Made by a program: the position numbers and the translations under genes
In this document: positions 1-10,321 of the stretch, piece after piece
Layout of the letters: each line of letters opens with the position of its first letter
How positions within the stretch are numbered: position 1 is the stretch's first letter
The notes under the pieces: generated by a model
The model's database searches: none
What the model was told of the DNA's origin: nothing
The model's input: only the letters and a program-made list of their open reading frames with translations
Assembly: GCA_900544555.1 (NCBI GenBank)
Contig: UQWD01000003.1
Location: 66,519 to 130,518 of the forward strand
Reading direction: 5' to 3'
From: an uncultured Eubacteriales bacterium
GTDB taxonomy: Bacteria; Bacillota; Clostridia; Christensenellales; CAG-138
DNA: 64,000 nt

Positions 1-1638
1 ATGGTTGGGGGATTGAACAATACGATCGTAGTCAAGCGCGAAAGCCTTGCTTCCATATTCTTTATAATCGCTCGGCGCTCGCTCAATATGCAGCAGCGCT
101 GTGCTCGATGTAGAACCAACCTTAACGGTAACCGTTATGGGGTAAGGCTTTATATCCGGGGTTTTAAATATTAGCTCAAACGCGCCGTCGGAACTTACAA
201 CGGGGGTGCTTTCAAGCTCGGCCCCTTCAACGGTTATGGAAGCGCCTGCGGGTACCGTACCAGTAACTTTGATGGTGTCAGTAGTAGTACGCAACGCCAC
301 GTCGTCCCCAACCTTAAACACATCGCTCTGAGTTGAGGGGGCAGTGCTTTCAACCGTCAGCGTTTTGCTCGCAACCTGATACCCGGCGCGGCGAGCCTCG
401 ATCACAACCGTATGCGTACCCTGCCCGGACACCGTGGCTGTTGCCGTAAAGTTGCCGGATTCATCCACAGGGAAGGCGGTTTCGTTAACATAAACCTCGG
501 CCAGCACATCGCTGACAGTACCCGTAATCGAAAATTGGCCGGTTTGAGTTGTAACGTTATCGCCGGCGGGCTCCGTAACGGTCATCGTTAGTTTTGGAAC
601 CGCAATATCAAACGATGGTATTTTTAACGGTATCCTCTCGCCTTCAGGGCTGATGAGTGTAAAGCTCGCGCTGGGATCGACCGTATAGGTTTCCCCCGAA
701 ACAGGCTCGTCTGGAATCCAGATCGAATCGTGAATCTTTAGCTGCCGGCTGCCGCCGCTTATCGTGGAGGTATCCGTAACGGAACCCTTGACGAACTCCA
801 GCGTATATCCGTTTCGGGCATAAACCGTAATCGTATGCGCCGGATCCCCGCTTTTTGTCACGCTTTTCTCCACCTGGGCCTCGCGCGTTACGGGGTCGCC
901 GGAAAACACGCTGGAAAAGAACGCGCTTAAGCTGCCGCCATAATTCGCGTTCAAGCCGATAACGGATAATACGATGATAACGGCGAGCAGAACTACGCCG
1001 GCAATCAGGGCGATTGCGCCGCCCCTGCCCATGCCCCTGCGGCGTGCGCCGGGCTTCCTGCTTCTGCCTCGGCGCGCGGAAGCATCGCGTCCTGTATAGT
1101 CGAAAGCGCCGCTGTTGTCGATTGGAGGGGCGTATCTGCGCTGGGCGGGCGCGGCGCCTCTCTCGATTAAGGGGCTGCCATCAAATTCATCGTCAAATTC
1201 ATCCTCAAATTCATCCTCAATTTCATCTATCGTACGTTCCGGTACTGTGCGTTCCGGGGCACGACGAACCTGAGACTCCTGCGGCCTGTTCGCCCCGTTC
1301 GCCCAGGCGGCGGAACGGGAATAAGCTTCCGCGCGGCGCGCCGGCGGTACCTTTAACGTCGGCGTGAACGCGTCGCCGGAAACGGCGGCCTTGCCTTCAT
1401 CAACAGGGGGGATATCTTCATCCGTTATCGTGTTCGCGTCAAACTCCGGCTTTGGCCATTCCGGCCCGCGAACGAACCCCCAAGAAGACGCCTCATCGTC
1501 AGAGACGTAACGCCTTGGCTCCCGGCTGTTCTTGACGGGCGTTTCCTGTTCAGGCGGGTCAGCCACAAGCAATGCCGCGCAGTTTTCGCAATACTCAAGG
1601 TAATCTTCATTATGCGCTCCGCATTGTCTACAGATCAT
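1..1638 (-). CDS. Zinc-ribbon, single-pass membrane protein with extracellular beta-rich (Ig-like) repeats; 3' end cut by window edge
   Basis: Absent from the supplied ORF track. Manual minus-strand translation from ATG at 1638 (AGGAGG 7 nt upstream) gives 546 sense codons with no stop. It starts MICRQCGAHNEDYLEYCENCAALL (CxxC..CxxC zinc ribbon). An acidic DEIEDEFEDEFDDEFD tract is encoded by 4 x 12-nt tandem repeats (1181-1228). A TM helix GAIALIAGVVLLAVIIVLSVIGL is followed by repeated T/V/G-rich segments. Confidence 0.75.
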   Translation of the reverse strand, partial: MICRQCGAHNEDYLEYCENCAALLVADPPEQETPVKNSREPRRYVSDDEASSWGFVRGPEWPKPEFDANTITDEDIPPVDEGKAAVSGDAFTPTLKVPPARRAEAYSRSAAWANGANRPQESQVRRAPERTVPERTIDEIEDEFEDEFDDEFDGSPLIERGAAPAQRRYAPPIDNSGAFDYTGRDASARRGRSRKPGARRRGMGRGGAIALIAGVVLLAVIIVLSVIGLNANYGGSLSAFFSSVFSGDPVTREAQVEKSVTKSGDPAHTITVYARNGYTLEFVKGSVTDTSTISGGSRQLKIHDSIWIPDEPVSGETYTVDPSASFTLISPEGERIPLKIPSFDIAVPKLTMTVTEPAGDNVTTQTGQFSITGTVSDVLAEVYVNETAFPVDESGNFTATATVSGQGTHTVVIEARRAGYQVASKTLTVESTAPSTQSDVFKVGDDVALRTTTDTIKVTGTVPAGASITVEGAELESTPVVSSDGAFELIFKTPDIKPYPITVTVKVGSTSSTALLHIERAPSDYKEYGSKAFALDYDRIVQSPNH

Positions 1639-1825
1639 ATAAAAACCTCCTAAAAATACGGAAATAATTCAAATTTATTATATCAAACGCAGTGATTAAA
1701 AGAAACCCTTGTCTTTAATTAGAAATGCAAACATTCTTTAAACATGTTGAAGGGTTATATTTTGCAGCGCGATTGTGCTATAATTAAAAGCAGTTTTGTA
1801 TACTATTGATGAAAAGAGGGACGTT

Positions 1826-3724
1826 ATGCCGCGTCGCGTTATGAACTTAATATTGGCGTCCGCCATTTTGCTTACATTTTTTCTCTGTGCGTGCTCGAGT
1901 CAAGACAAGGCTGAGGAGGCGGACCCATATAAGGGCTTTCATTCAAACGAACGCCTGTCCGGAGGCGGCCCGGTCGAAGCGGCCAACGCGCGGAGCGTAT
2001 CGGCCGCGGCAAAGGGCGAGACAGCCCGGGTTACATTCGCTTTTTCATCCGGGAGCCGAATTTCCGATGGCTCTCAAGAGAAAGCGGCGCCCGGCATTCC
2101 GGCTTATTCCGTATATATGCTCCCATCTCCCGCGAGGCTGGTTGTGGAATTTGAGGGGCTGTCCTATTGGGATTACGACAGAGACGTTCAATTGCCCGAG
2201 GAATGGTTTCACGGTTCGTTTCAGCATATGGTAAACGGGCTTGAAACGGTTTGGGTATATTTCCAGCTTAAGAAGGACGACGTTGTTTTTCAGGTAGAAG
2301 AGCATGATGAAGGGCTCAGCATAATTTTAAAAGAAAAAACTCATGCAGCACAGACTACCGACAGCCCTGGGGGAGCGCCGGAGTTGAATTATTACGCGGT
2401 CGCCAACGCATATAAGGATTATTGCAGCGGCAATATCTCGCGTGAGATGGATATGTACCCCTGCCTCACAAGGGATGGGGATCATATCATTCTGATATCG
2501 GGGGCGTTTGAGACTGAGCAGGAAGCCAAGGATTACCGCGCCTCCACGATAAAAGCGACTGAAAACGCGCTGGCGGAACAATGGGGCGTATCCGCGCTGC
2601 GCCCGGGCTCGCTCCCTGCTTATAATGAACAACTTGATTATGCGGCGGCATATGCGCAAAATGTAGCCCGCATCGACGGAACGGATCAGACGCTCCCCGT
2701 TTTATTGCCTAACGGTCAGTACCTTACGGAGGTTCCCGGCGGTGAGGCGCTTCTTTATGCCCGGCGCATAAGCGTAGGGGTCGAAACGGATGATGAGAGC
2801 GAGGGGGAAGATGGCGACGCGTCGGCGTCGTCATACGATGAGCTTTGGATGTCGGATAAAAGGGGAGGTTCGCAAAAAAGATTGATCCGCTACGAGTTTG
2901 CGTCTATTGAACGGGCGGTATATTCGCCGGACGGGCGAAAGCTTGCGGTGCTTGAGCGTTCGTCCGAAGGCTCGCACCTGTATATTTACGACACGGACAC
3001 TTACCATTTAATAGCCGATCTGACCGAGTTGGGTTTTGGCAATATGGTGAGCGACTTCACTTGGGATAATTTCGGCGGGGCGGTATATGCGCTGAGCGGC
3101 TCCTCCGGCATGCAGATACATATGTATGATTTCTCCGTACCCGACGAGGGCAAGCGGTACAGCCTGGTGGATGATAAAGGCGCGGACGAAGGTGATATTG
3201 GGTATAGCGGCGGGGAATTGTTCTTCACGCAGTCCGACATCGACTCATCATCCATTTATCGGATAAAGCCGGAAGGCGGCGTTCGCAAACCGTTTGCCGC
3301 GGGCGGGAAATTCGCGGTTTCAGCGGATGGAAGATATATGGCGCTTTACAGAACAGGCGTTGGGGGTGAAGGCGCGTTTATACTACGCAGCATGGAAACG
3401 GGGGAAGAAAAGGAAATAGCTTGCGATTTTCCTGTGAATGAGCTTTTATGGTCGCCAAAGGCGGACAGCGTATATTACCTTGAGAACAGGCTTTCTGGAG
3501 GCGAGGGAGAGGACGGCGGAGGCGAGGAAACGGTTGACGCCGATCCTTACCCTTATACCTTATGGGTTTATGACGTTGCAAGCGGAGAATCTCGCGCTTT
3601 AGCGGACCTGGCCGGTACTTCCATTACCCCGTCGCCCGACGGAAGCGCGATTTACATACATTATGTGGATAAGGATACGATGGGTGAGCGTATAAACGCG
3701 ACTTACATTTTGAATATGGAATAA
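1826..3724 (+). CDS. Lipoprotein with C-terminal TolB/PD40-like beta-propeller repeats
   Basis: ATG at 1826 has AAGAGGG upstream. The signal/lipobox is MNLILASAILLTFFLCAC. Repeated motifs YSPDGRKLAV, VSADGRYMAL and PSPDGSAIYI are typical of PD40 repeats. The track start at 1796 is a TTG without an SD. Confidence 0.7.
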   Translation: MPRRVMNLILASAILLTFFLCACSSQDKAEEADPYKGFHSNERLSGGGPVEAANARSVSAAAKGETARVTFAFSSGSRISDGSQEKAAPGIPAYSVYMLPSPARLVVEFEGLSYWDYDRDVQLPEEWFHGSFQHMVNGLETVWVYFQLKKDDVVFQVEEHDEGLSIILKEKTHAAQTTDSPGGAPELNYYAVANAYKDYCSGNISREMDMYPCLTRDGDHIILISGAFETEQEAKDYRASTIKATENALAEQWGVSALRPGSLPAYNEQLDYAAAYAQNVARIDGTDQTLPVLLPNGQYLTEVPGGEALLYARRISVGVETDDESEGEDGDASASSYDELWMSDKRGGSQKRLIRYEFASIERAVYSPDGRKLAVLERSSEGSHLYIYDTDTYHLIADLTELGFGNMVSDFTWDNFGGAVYALSGSSGMQIHMYDFSVPDEGKRYSLVDDKGADEGDIGYSGGELFFTQSDIDSSSIYRIKPEGGVRKPFAAGGKFAVSADGRYMALYRTGVGGEGAFILRSMETGEEKEIACDFPVNELLWSPKADSVYYLENRLSGGEGEDGGGEETVDADPYPYTLWVYDVASGESRALADLAGTSITPSPDGSAIYIHYVDKDTMGERINATYILNME

Positions 3725-3910
3725 GGCGCATGCCCTTCAATTTAAAAAGCGGACGTGAAAGCTTCAATGCGCCGCTTGAAATTTGCCAACTCAGGTTATA
3801 AATGTTATCCTGAACGTACATACTCTTAACTATAAAGGAGGGTATGGCACAAGATGAAGGAACGTTATACGGATACGCTCAATAAGGGGGGTAAAGGCAA
3901 AGGGGGGATA

Positions 3911-4120
3911 ATGTCCCGGCTGAAGCTGATTGCCAGGCCCGCTTCCCGAAACGGGAACGATGAAGAGGACGTCTTTTCAGCGTTACAGATGTGGAAAGCG
4001 TCGCAGAATTATTTTGAGCAGGCTCAGGATCCTGAACTGGTCGAGTTCGCTATATATGATATGGAGGCCGCTAAACGCCGTTATATGTTTTTGCTTAAGC
4101 GGAGCCCCCGAAGGAGGTAA
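3911..4120 (+). CDS. yaaL: YaaL-like DUF2508 protein
   Basis: The motif WKASQNYFEQAQDPELVEFAIYDMEAAKRRYMFLLK matches the DUF2508 signature. GGGGGG SD precedes ATG 3911. It lies directly upstream of bofA, as in B. subtilis. Confidence 0.7.
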   Translation: MSRLKLIARPASRNGNDEEDVFSALQMWKASQNYFEQAQDPELVEFAIYDMEAAKRRYMFLLKRSPRRR

Positions 4121-4166
4121 CCGGGAAGGCGCTTGAGGTATATATTTTACTGGGAGGGTATTGGGA

Positions 4167-4424
4167 ATGTTGGGAACTATTCTGGCATATGCCGCCGGTA
4201 TCTTGATTTTGTTTGTTGTTTGCAAAATATTGGCTTTACCGCTCAAAATCATCTGGAAGCTGATAGTAAACGCGCTGGTTGGCGTAGTGGTGTTGATATT
4301 ATTCAACCTATTGGGCGGCTTAATTAACGTGACCATTCCAATTAACGCCCTCAATGCCTTGATAACGGGCGTACTGGGTGTTCCAGGCGTAATACTTTTG
4401 TTAATTCTACAATTTTTATTCTAG
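4167..4424 (+). CDS. bofA: Pro-sigma-K processing inhibitor BofA
   Basis: An ~85-aa two-TM protein with ALPLKIIWKLIVNALVGVVVL...ALITGVLGVPGVILL, typical of the BofA family. GGGAGGG SD is present. Confidence 0.8.
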   Translation: MLGTILAYAAGILILFVVCKILALPLKIIWKLIVNALVGVVVLILFNLLGGLINVTIPINALNALITGVLGVPGVILLLILQFLF

Positions 4425-4513
4425 CTGATTGCTTGATTGAATTAGCCGCCGGCGCGAAGCCAGGCGGCTTATACGCGTTATATCACTTGTTAAAACTCAA
4501 AAAGAGGTTCTGT

Positions 4514-5248
4514 ATGAAACGTATTTTAGGCCATATACGGCGCGCGGACGAGCGGTACTCAATGATAAAAGCGGGGGACAAAATATGTGTGGGCGTATCC
4601 GGTGGCAAAGACAGCCTGTTGTTGATGCAGGGCCTTGCGATGTACCGCCGGTTTACCGCAAATCCCTTTGAGCTATGCGCCGTAATGCTGGATCTTGGCC
4701 TCATTGAACAGGATACCGCGCCGATAACGCGTTTTGCTCAAATGATAGGCGTTAAACTGGATATCGTTGCTACGGACATCGGTAAAATAGTTTTTGAGGA
4801 GCGAAATGAAAAGAACCCATGCGCCATGTGCGCAAAGCTCAGGCGAGGCGCGCTTAACAACGCTGCGGCTGAAAGGGGATGCAACCTGGTAGCGCTTGGG
4901 CATAACCGCGAGGATGTAATCGAAACGTTTTTTCTAAGCTTGCTGTATGAGAGCAGGATCAATACGTTCGGGCCGGTAACGTATATGGATCGCGCAGGCG
5001 TTACCATAATCAGGCCGCTGGTCTTCATGCCGGAAAAATACGCGGAGGCGCTGGCAAAAAGGCTGGGTCTTCCGGTTATGCGCGCGAACTGCCCGGCGGC
5101 GGGGAATACAAAAAGGGAGGAAATGAAGGACGTCATACGCTTTTTCCTTAAACACGTACCGAACCCGGAGGAGCGTTTCATTAACGCGATTGCGGACACT
5201 GATAAGTACGGCCTCTGGGACAGGCTTCGGCTCCCTCCCGTAAGATAG
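4514..5248 (+). CDS. ttcA: PP-loop ATPase, TtcA-like tRNA 2-thiocytidine synthetase family
   Basis: SGGKDS PP-loop, CAMCAKLRRG and a C-terminal CP cysteine motif. ATG 4514 has AAGAGG upstream. Confidence 0.7.
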   Translation: MKRILGHIRRADERYSMIKAGDKICVGVSGGKDSLLLMQGLAMYRRFTANPFELCAVMLDLGLIEQDTAPITRFAQMIGVKLDIVATDIGKIVFEERNEKNPCAMCAKLRRGALNNAAAERGCNLVALGHNREDVIETFFLSLLYESRINTFGPVTYMDRAGVTIIRPLVFMPEKYAEALAKRLGLPVMRANCPAAGNTKREEMKDVIRFFLKHVPNPEERFINAIADTDKYGLWDRLRLPPVR

Positions 5249-5593
5249 CGGCTGCCCCCTCGGTATATCAACCGTTTAGTTAGTTTGTTTTCACAATCTA
5301 AAGCAGCCGGAAGGCTCAGCAATAAGCAACACTTGATCCTCTTAATGAAAAAGCCTGATTGCGAGCTTGCTGCATAAATTCAAATTATAAATACCTGCTT
5401 TATTGCGCGCCTGTCACAGCTATACGGGCCGAATCCTATTCGATTATATATATGACGCCTTTTCCTTACATTGGTTTAACCGATAAGAGACGAATTATTA
5501 ATGCCGTTCCGATTAAAAATTCATTCTCAAAAACTGATTATTTCATAAAAAAAGCAGTAATGCGCAAAATACAGAAAAAAGGAGCGGTAAGTC

Positions 5594-5896
5594 ATGAAAA
5601 GCCGATCGGTAATTACGATTTGTATTACAACGCTGATAATATTGGGCGCCTGCGTCGCGCTGTATTTTTTGGCAAAGGGCGGCGCCGGATCGGATTATCA
5701 AAAGGCTAAGCTCATTGATAATGGAGGGATTATGGAGAAGAATAAGGAAAGCGGCGGCCAGTTCTGCCTGCTGCCGGCTGTTGAGTTGATGGGAAACGCG
5801 GGCGGGAATACGCCCGGGGAGAGAGAAACCAGATATAGCGCCTATACGGAAAAACTAAGATGCCAGGGAGGTAACCAATATGGATGGGACGAATAA
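5594..5896 (+). CDS. Hypothetical small membrane protein (uncertain)
   Basis: AAGGAG SD and an N-terminal TM helix (VITICITTLIILGACVALYFL). It overlaps the spoVAC start by 17 nt. The C-terminal part is low complexity and no family was recognised. Confidence 0.3.
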   Translation: MKSRSVITICITTLIILGACVALYFLAKGGAGSDYQKAKLIDNGGIMEKNKESGGQFCLLPAVELMGNAGGNTPGERETRYSAYTEKLRCQGGNQYGWDE

Positions 5897-6332
5897 AAAC
5901 GCGAAGAGTTATCAGTATCGCGTTAACGAAAAAATGCCAAGAAGCAAAACCGGTATTCAATGCGTCAACGCGTTTTGGGTTGGCGGCCTGATATGCTGCA
6001 TTGGACAGCTGGTTAAGGATCTAGGCTCTGTGTGGTTTAACTTTGGCGAGGACGCCCTGTCCGCTTTTACCGCCATGGTCATGGTTTTCCTGGGCGCCAC
6101 ACTTACGGGAATAGGCGTTTATGACAAAATAGGTTCCTTTGCCGGGGCGGGCAGCATCGTTCCGATTACCGGCTTTGCCAACTCAATCGTGTCCCCCGCG
6201 ATGGAGTATAAATGCGAGGGATATGTTATGGGCGTGGGAGCGAAGCTTTTCAGTATAGCGGGACCCGTACTCGTTTACGGTGTAAGCGCCTCGGTGCTGG
6301 TGGGCTTATTAACACTGCTTTTCCCAAGATAG
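5880..6332 (+). CDS. spoVAC: Stage V sporulation protein AC
   Basis: NAFWVGGLICCIGQL...IVPITGFANSIVSPAMEY...GPVLVYG are SpoVAC hallmarks. GGAGG SD is present. Confidence 0.9.
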   Translation: MDGTNKNAKSYQYRVNEKMPRSKTGIQCVNAFWVGGLICCIGQLVKDLGSVWFNFGEDALSAFTAMVMVFLGATLTGIGVYDKIGSFAGAGSIVPITGFANSIVSPAMEYKCEGYVMGVGAKLFSIAGPVLVYGVSASVLVGLLTLLFPR

Positions 6333-6350
6333 GCTTTTGAGAGGTGAACT

Positions 6351-7397
6351 ATGAGCAAACATATTGGAAAACAGTCTATGGGGTTCAACACTAAGCCGCG
6401 CATCCGTTCGTCCGGCTCAATCGTGGGCGAAGTCGAGGGCAACGGCCCCATAGGGAAATACTTTGATACCATACTCCAAGACGATACCTGGGGTGAAAAG
6501 AGCTGGGAGCGCGCTGAGAGGAAGATGTTTGAACAGGCTGTGAGGCTGGCTGTAAATAAAGCCGGATTTACGCCTGAAGGGCTGGATTGTTTGCTTGGCG
6601 GCGATCTGCTCAACCAAATAATATCGGCGAACTTTGCGGCGCGGGAGCTTCGTACGCCGTATCTGGGCCTTTACGGCGCTTGTTCGACCATGGCGGAATC
6701 GCTTATGATTGGGAGCATGATGATCGACGGAGGCTATGCAAACAGGGTGGCCTGCGTCGCTGGGAGCCATTTTTCCACAGCGGAACGACAATACCGTTTG
6801 CCTTTAGAAATGGGCGGACAGAGCACGCCGACCTCACAGCGCACGGTTACGGGCGTAGGATGCCTGGTACTGACAGATGAAAATGATTTCGATATCTTTA
6901 CCGACCAGCGGGCGTTTGATAAGCGGATATGCGTTACATCCGCTACAATCGGGCGCGTCGTTGATTTTGGCATCACGGACGCGAATAATATGGGCGCCGC
7001 GATGGCCCCGGCCGCATTTGAGACGCTGGAAGCGCATTTTAGGGATATGGGAAGCACCCTAAAGGATTACGATCTCATCATAACCGGCGACCTCGGCGAT
7101 TTCGGAACTGAAATGCTTAAAGAGCTTTGCATGGATAAAGGGATAGATCTTGGTGATAAGCATGTAGACTGCGGCAATATTATTTTTGAAAAAAGCGCGA
7201 GCATTATGTGCGGCGCAAGCGGGTGCGGCTGCTCCGCTGTAACGCTGGGTTCCTATTTGTTAAAGAGGATGGAGGAGGGAGACTTTAAAAAAGCGCTATT
7301 TATGGCTACGGGCGCGTTGTTGAGCCCTTCGACAACCATGCAGGGGGACAGTATACCATCTATCGCGCACGCGGTTGTAATAGAAAGGCAGGATTGA
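6351..7397 (+). CDS. spoVAD: Stage V sporulation protein AD (thiolase-like)
   Basis: 348 aa with LYGACSTMAESL and CGASGCGCSA motifs. It sits between spoVAC and spoVAE. Confidence 0.9.
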   Translation: MSKHIGKQSMGFNTKPRIRSSGSIVGEVEGNGPIGKYFDTILQDDTWGEKSWERAERKMFEQAVRLAVNKAGFTPEGLDCLLGGDLLNQIISANFAARELRTPYLGLYGACSTMAESLMIGSMMIDGGYANRVACVAGSHFSTAERQYRLPLEMGGQSTPTSQRTVTGVGCLVLTDENDFDIFTDQRAFDKRICVTSATIGRVVDFGITDANNMGAAMAPAAFETLEAHFRDMGSTLKDYDLIITGDLGDFGTEMLKELCMDKGIDLGDKHVDCGNIIFEKSASIMCGASGCGCSAVTLGSYLLKRMEEGDFKKALFMATGALLSPSTTMQGDSIPSIAHAVVIERQD

Positions 7398-7399
7398 AC

Positions 7400-7768
7400 A
7401 TGAGCGGATTTATGGATTATCTATGGGCTTTTGTGATCGGGGGCGCTATCTGTGTGATTGGTCAGTTGCTCATAAGCCTTACCAGGCTCACACCCGCAAG
7501 GATACTGGTGCTGTTTGTAACGATGGGCGTTGTGCTTACGGCGCTTGGCCTTTATCAGCCTCTGGTAGAGCTTGCCGGCGCGGGAGCTACGGTTCCACTT
7601 ACCGGGTTTGGCTATTCGCTTGGCAAAGGCGCTATAGAAGGCGCGCTTAAAGAGGGAGCCATCGGCGCGTTTACGGGAGGGATTAAGGCAACGGCGGGGG
7701 GCGTAGCCGCCGCAATCGTATTTGGTTATCTTAACGCTGTATTATTTAAACCTCGAACGAAGAAATAA
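7400..7768 (+). CDS. spoVAE: Stage V sporulation protein AEb
   Basis: YLWAFVIGGAICVIGQLL...GATVPLTGFGYSL match the family. The start is ambiguous (TTG 7394, ATG 7400 or ATG 7412). Confidence 0.85.
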   Translation: MSGFMDYLWAFVIGGAICVIGQLLISLTRLTPARILVLFVTMGVVLTALGLYQPLVELAGAGATVPLTGFGYSLGKGAIEGALKEGAIGAFTGGIKATAGGVAAAIVFGYLNAVLFKPRTKK

Positions 7769-8021
7769 GCACTATAACAATTGTGCCTTTTAATATGTCT
7801 CAACAAACGTCAGGCGGTCGATGAGAAATTGTAGTTAATTAAAAAAACCGGCTGCTATCAGGCCGTACCGTAGTATTATCCGGGTGCGGCCTTTAAAGTG
7901 TTTTATAAGTCTAATACTATGCAAGCGAAGTAATTACGCTTTATTCATAGTTGGCGTTTTACCCTAACGCGCGATAACATATAAACCTGTGAAGAGTGGG
8001 TACGATTCGGCAAGATGCTAT

Positions 8022-8558
8022 CTAAATAATGATTTCAAGGCAGCCGAGGACAATCAGCATCCCTCCGCCGATAGCGTTCAGCAGTTTTGGGCGGATTTTA
8101 ACCGCAGCGTTAATGCCCAGCCGGTTCCCTGCGCCGACGCACAGTACGCTGGCCAGCCCAACGGATACGGCCGCCCAAAGCGAAGGAATGCCTGTTAAAC
8201 CCGCGGCAAACGCGACTGGCACGCAGTTAACGGCCAGCGCCGCCCCCAAGGCAGCCGTTTCTTTCCAAACGCATGGGGAGGGTGGTTTTTCCTCCTTCGC
8301 GGTTTTAGGCGTGCAGAACAGGGAGTATATGCCCAAAAGAATAATTATAAAGCCGCCCAAAACATTGGGGATTTTCCCCAGCGAAGCGCATAACGCGGAC
8401 AGGCTGCAAAATAAAAAAGTCGCCGCGGCGGAAAACAAACCGATGGCTGCGTTTGATAAAATAGAAATACGTTTTTTTTGAAGCCCGTATGAAATACCGA
8501 CTAACAAATTATCCAAATTGGTTGATATACCAAGAAATAGAATAGATAATACATGCAC
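8022..8558 (-). CDS. ytaF: YtaF/MntP-family membrane protein (DUF204 repeats; sporulation membrane protein or Mn efflux type)
   Basis: The N-terminus ILFLGISTNLDNLLVGISYG is followed by a second DUF204-like half. It has a GTG start with AGGGGGTGAG SD. Confidence 0.65.
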   Translation of the reverse strand: MHVLSILFLGISTNLDNLLVGISYGLQKKRISILSNAAIGLFSAAATFLFCSLSALCASLGKIPNVLGGFIIILLGIYSLFCTPKTAKEEKPPSPCVWKETAALGAALAVNCVPVAFAAGLTGIPSLWAAVSVGLASVLCVGAGNRLGINAAVKIRPKLLNAIGGGMLIVLGCLEIII

Positions 8559-9031
8559 GATGGTATCTCACCCCCTGAATACCATATATATTCCGCATGC
8601 TAAGAATGTGTTTGCTATATGCGGGGAATTAAAGGCATCATCCGGGCGGGGGGAGAGCGGCGAAATAATATTGCGACATAGAAATGCCGCTAATATTATC
8701 TTTTTGGCGTGAGTTTTCCCGTTGAGGGCGGGAATAAATATTGTTTTGCTGTATCGTCTTGTGTCGCGCCGCTTAAAACGCCTGTCATGTTCTAATTCTC
8801 TTGAGGATTAAAAAGTACATTCTGTAAGCGTGGCAGAGATTAGATTCCGGGCCGCTTTAACATCAGCAACGAATGTGCATATTAAATCGCTTAAATTTAG
8901 TCTCGATATTCTATGTACTCAATATATGAATTCGTATTTGTTATGAAGCTTAAACAATTACGAAGCTTAAACGCTATAATAGCAAGTTTCCGCAATAAAA
9001 AAGTGAACAGCCGCTAAAACAACTGTCCACT

Positions 9032-9107
9032 TGGCACCCGGTAGGGGAGTCGAACCCCTGTTACCGCCGTGAGAGGGCGGTGTCCTAGGCCACTAGACGA
9101 ACCGAGC
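9032..9107 (-). tRNA. tRNA-Glu (anticodon CTC)
   Basis: Acceptor GCTCGGT/ACCGGGT, anticodon arm CCGCC-CTCTCAC-GGCGG, T-arm AGGGGTTCGACTCCCCT, and an encoded CCA. Confidence 0.9.
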
Positions 9108-9126
9108 TCAGTAATTCACGCATTTT

Positions 9127-9154
9127 ATTATACATTAACAAGCCGATTTGTCAA
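9127..9154 (-). promoter_or_regulatory. Sigma-A-type promoter for tRNA-Glu
   Basis: On the minus strand: TTGACA, 16-nt spacer, TATAAT, ending ~20 nt upstream of the tRNA 5' end. Confidence 0.6.
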
Positions 9155-9284
9155 CATCAAAAATCATATATTGCGGGCATGACCAAAGGGCGGCGCTTCC
9201 TATATTTTAAAGACCGGTCTTGCTATTGAGCCGAATAAAGTGTAAAATCCGATGCGTGAGCTATTTACAAGGAGGATAATTTTA

Positions 9285-10304
9285 ATGGATTATATTATAG
9301 AACAGCTTAAGAATTTAATGGCTATCGACAGCCCAAGCGGATTTACGGAAAAGGCCGCTCTATACGTAATGCGCGAATTGGAGGGGATGGGATACGGGCC
9401 GGTTTTGAACCGTAAGGGAGGCGTGCTTGTTGAACTCGGCGGGAAAGGCAACCCTCTCGTTCTTTCCGCACACGTTGATACGCTGGGCGCCATGGTGGCC
9501 GAGGTGAAATCGGACGGGCGGCTTCGCCTTACGCCCGTAGGCGGGTTGCAGCCCTCCAACGCCGAGACGGAGAACTGCCGGGTATATACGCGCTCTAACG
9601 GCGTTATCGGCGGTACGATGCAGCTTATCAACGCGTCCGTGCATGTCAATAAAGAGTATTCGTCCAAGCCGCGCAACTACGACACCGTTGAGGTTATACT
9701 GGATGAAAAGGCGTTCAGCAAGGAGGAAACGGAAAAGCTGGGCGTATCCGTTGGCGATTTTGTCTGCTTCGATACGCGCACCGTGATCACTGAATCGGGC
9801 TTTATCAAGAGCCGTTTTCTTGACGACAAGCTCAGCGTGGCTATCCTGCTTGGTTACGCAAAGCGGCTTAAGGATACCGGGTCGAAGCTGAATCGAAAGG
9901 TTTATATGCTCGTCACCCCGTATGAGGAGGTTGGGCACGGCGGGGCTGCCTTCATACCGGAGGACGCTGAGGAAATGCTTTGCGTTGATATGGGCTGCGT
10001 CGGCGAGGGCCAGACATGCGATGAGTTTAAAGTTTCGATCTGCGCGAAAGATTCGGTCGGGCCGTACGATTATCATGTCACAGGCGAGTTAATCCGCCGC
10101 GCGCAGGCGAAAGGGATAGATTATGCCGTTGATGTTTACCCGTATTACGGTTCGGACGCGGACGCGGCGCTCAGCGCGGGCCATGGCCTGCGGCATGGCT
10201 TGATAGGCGCGGGCGTGTACGCGTCCCACGGCTATGAGCGCGCGCATAAGGAAGGCGTGAAGAACACGCTTGAGCTAATTCACGCGTATACAGTTGATGA
10301 ATAA
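9285..10304 (+). CDS. M42 family glutamyl aminopeptidase (FrvX-like)
   Basis: MDYIIEQLKNLMAIDSPSGFTE..SAHVDTLG..EEVGHGGA match the family. AAGGAGG precedes ATG 9285. Confidence 0.85.
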   Translation: MDYIIEQLKNLMAIDSPSGFTEKAALYVMRELEGMGYGPVLNRKGGVLVELGGKGNPLVLSAHVDTLGAMVAEVKSDGRLRLTPVGGLQPSNAETENCRVYTRSNGVIGGTMQLINASVHVNKEYSSKPRNYDTVEVILDEKAFSKEETEKLGVSVGDFVCFDTRTVITESGFIKSRFLDDKLSVAILLGYAKRLKDTGSKLNRKVYMLVTPYEEVGHGGAAFIPEDAEEMLCVDMGCVGEGQTCDEFKVSICAKDSVGPYDYHVTGELIRRAQAKGIDYAVDVYPYYGSDADAALSAGHGLRHGLIGAGVYASHGYERAHKEGVKNTLELIHAYTVDE

Positions 10305-10321
10305 TATATTTAGTACATGTG

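Noticed and set aside
1014-1610. Track ORFs 1014..1367 (+) and 1425..1610 (-)
   Set aside because: They are shadow ORFs, antisense or out of frame, within the 546-codon zinc-ribbon membrane protein gene. Both are Arg/Pro/Cys-rich and low complexity.
8559-8760. Expected yybP-ykoY (Mn) riboswitch upstream of the MntP/YtaF-family gene
   Set aside because: Reading the minus-strand leader, I found none of the conserved GGGGAGUAG or GACAUA-type cores. Only a short hairpin (CCGCAT...ATGCGG) is present. The gene is more likely the sporulation-type ytaF.
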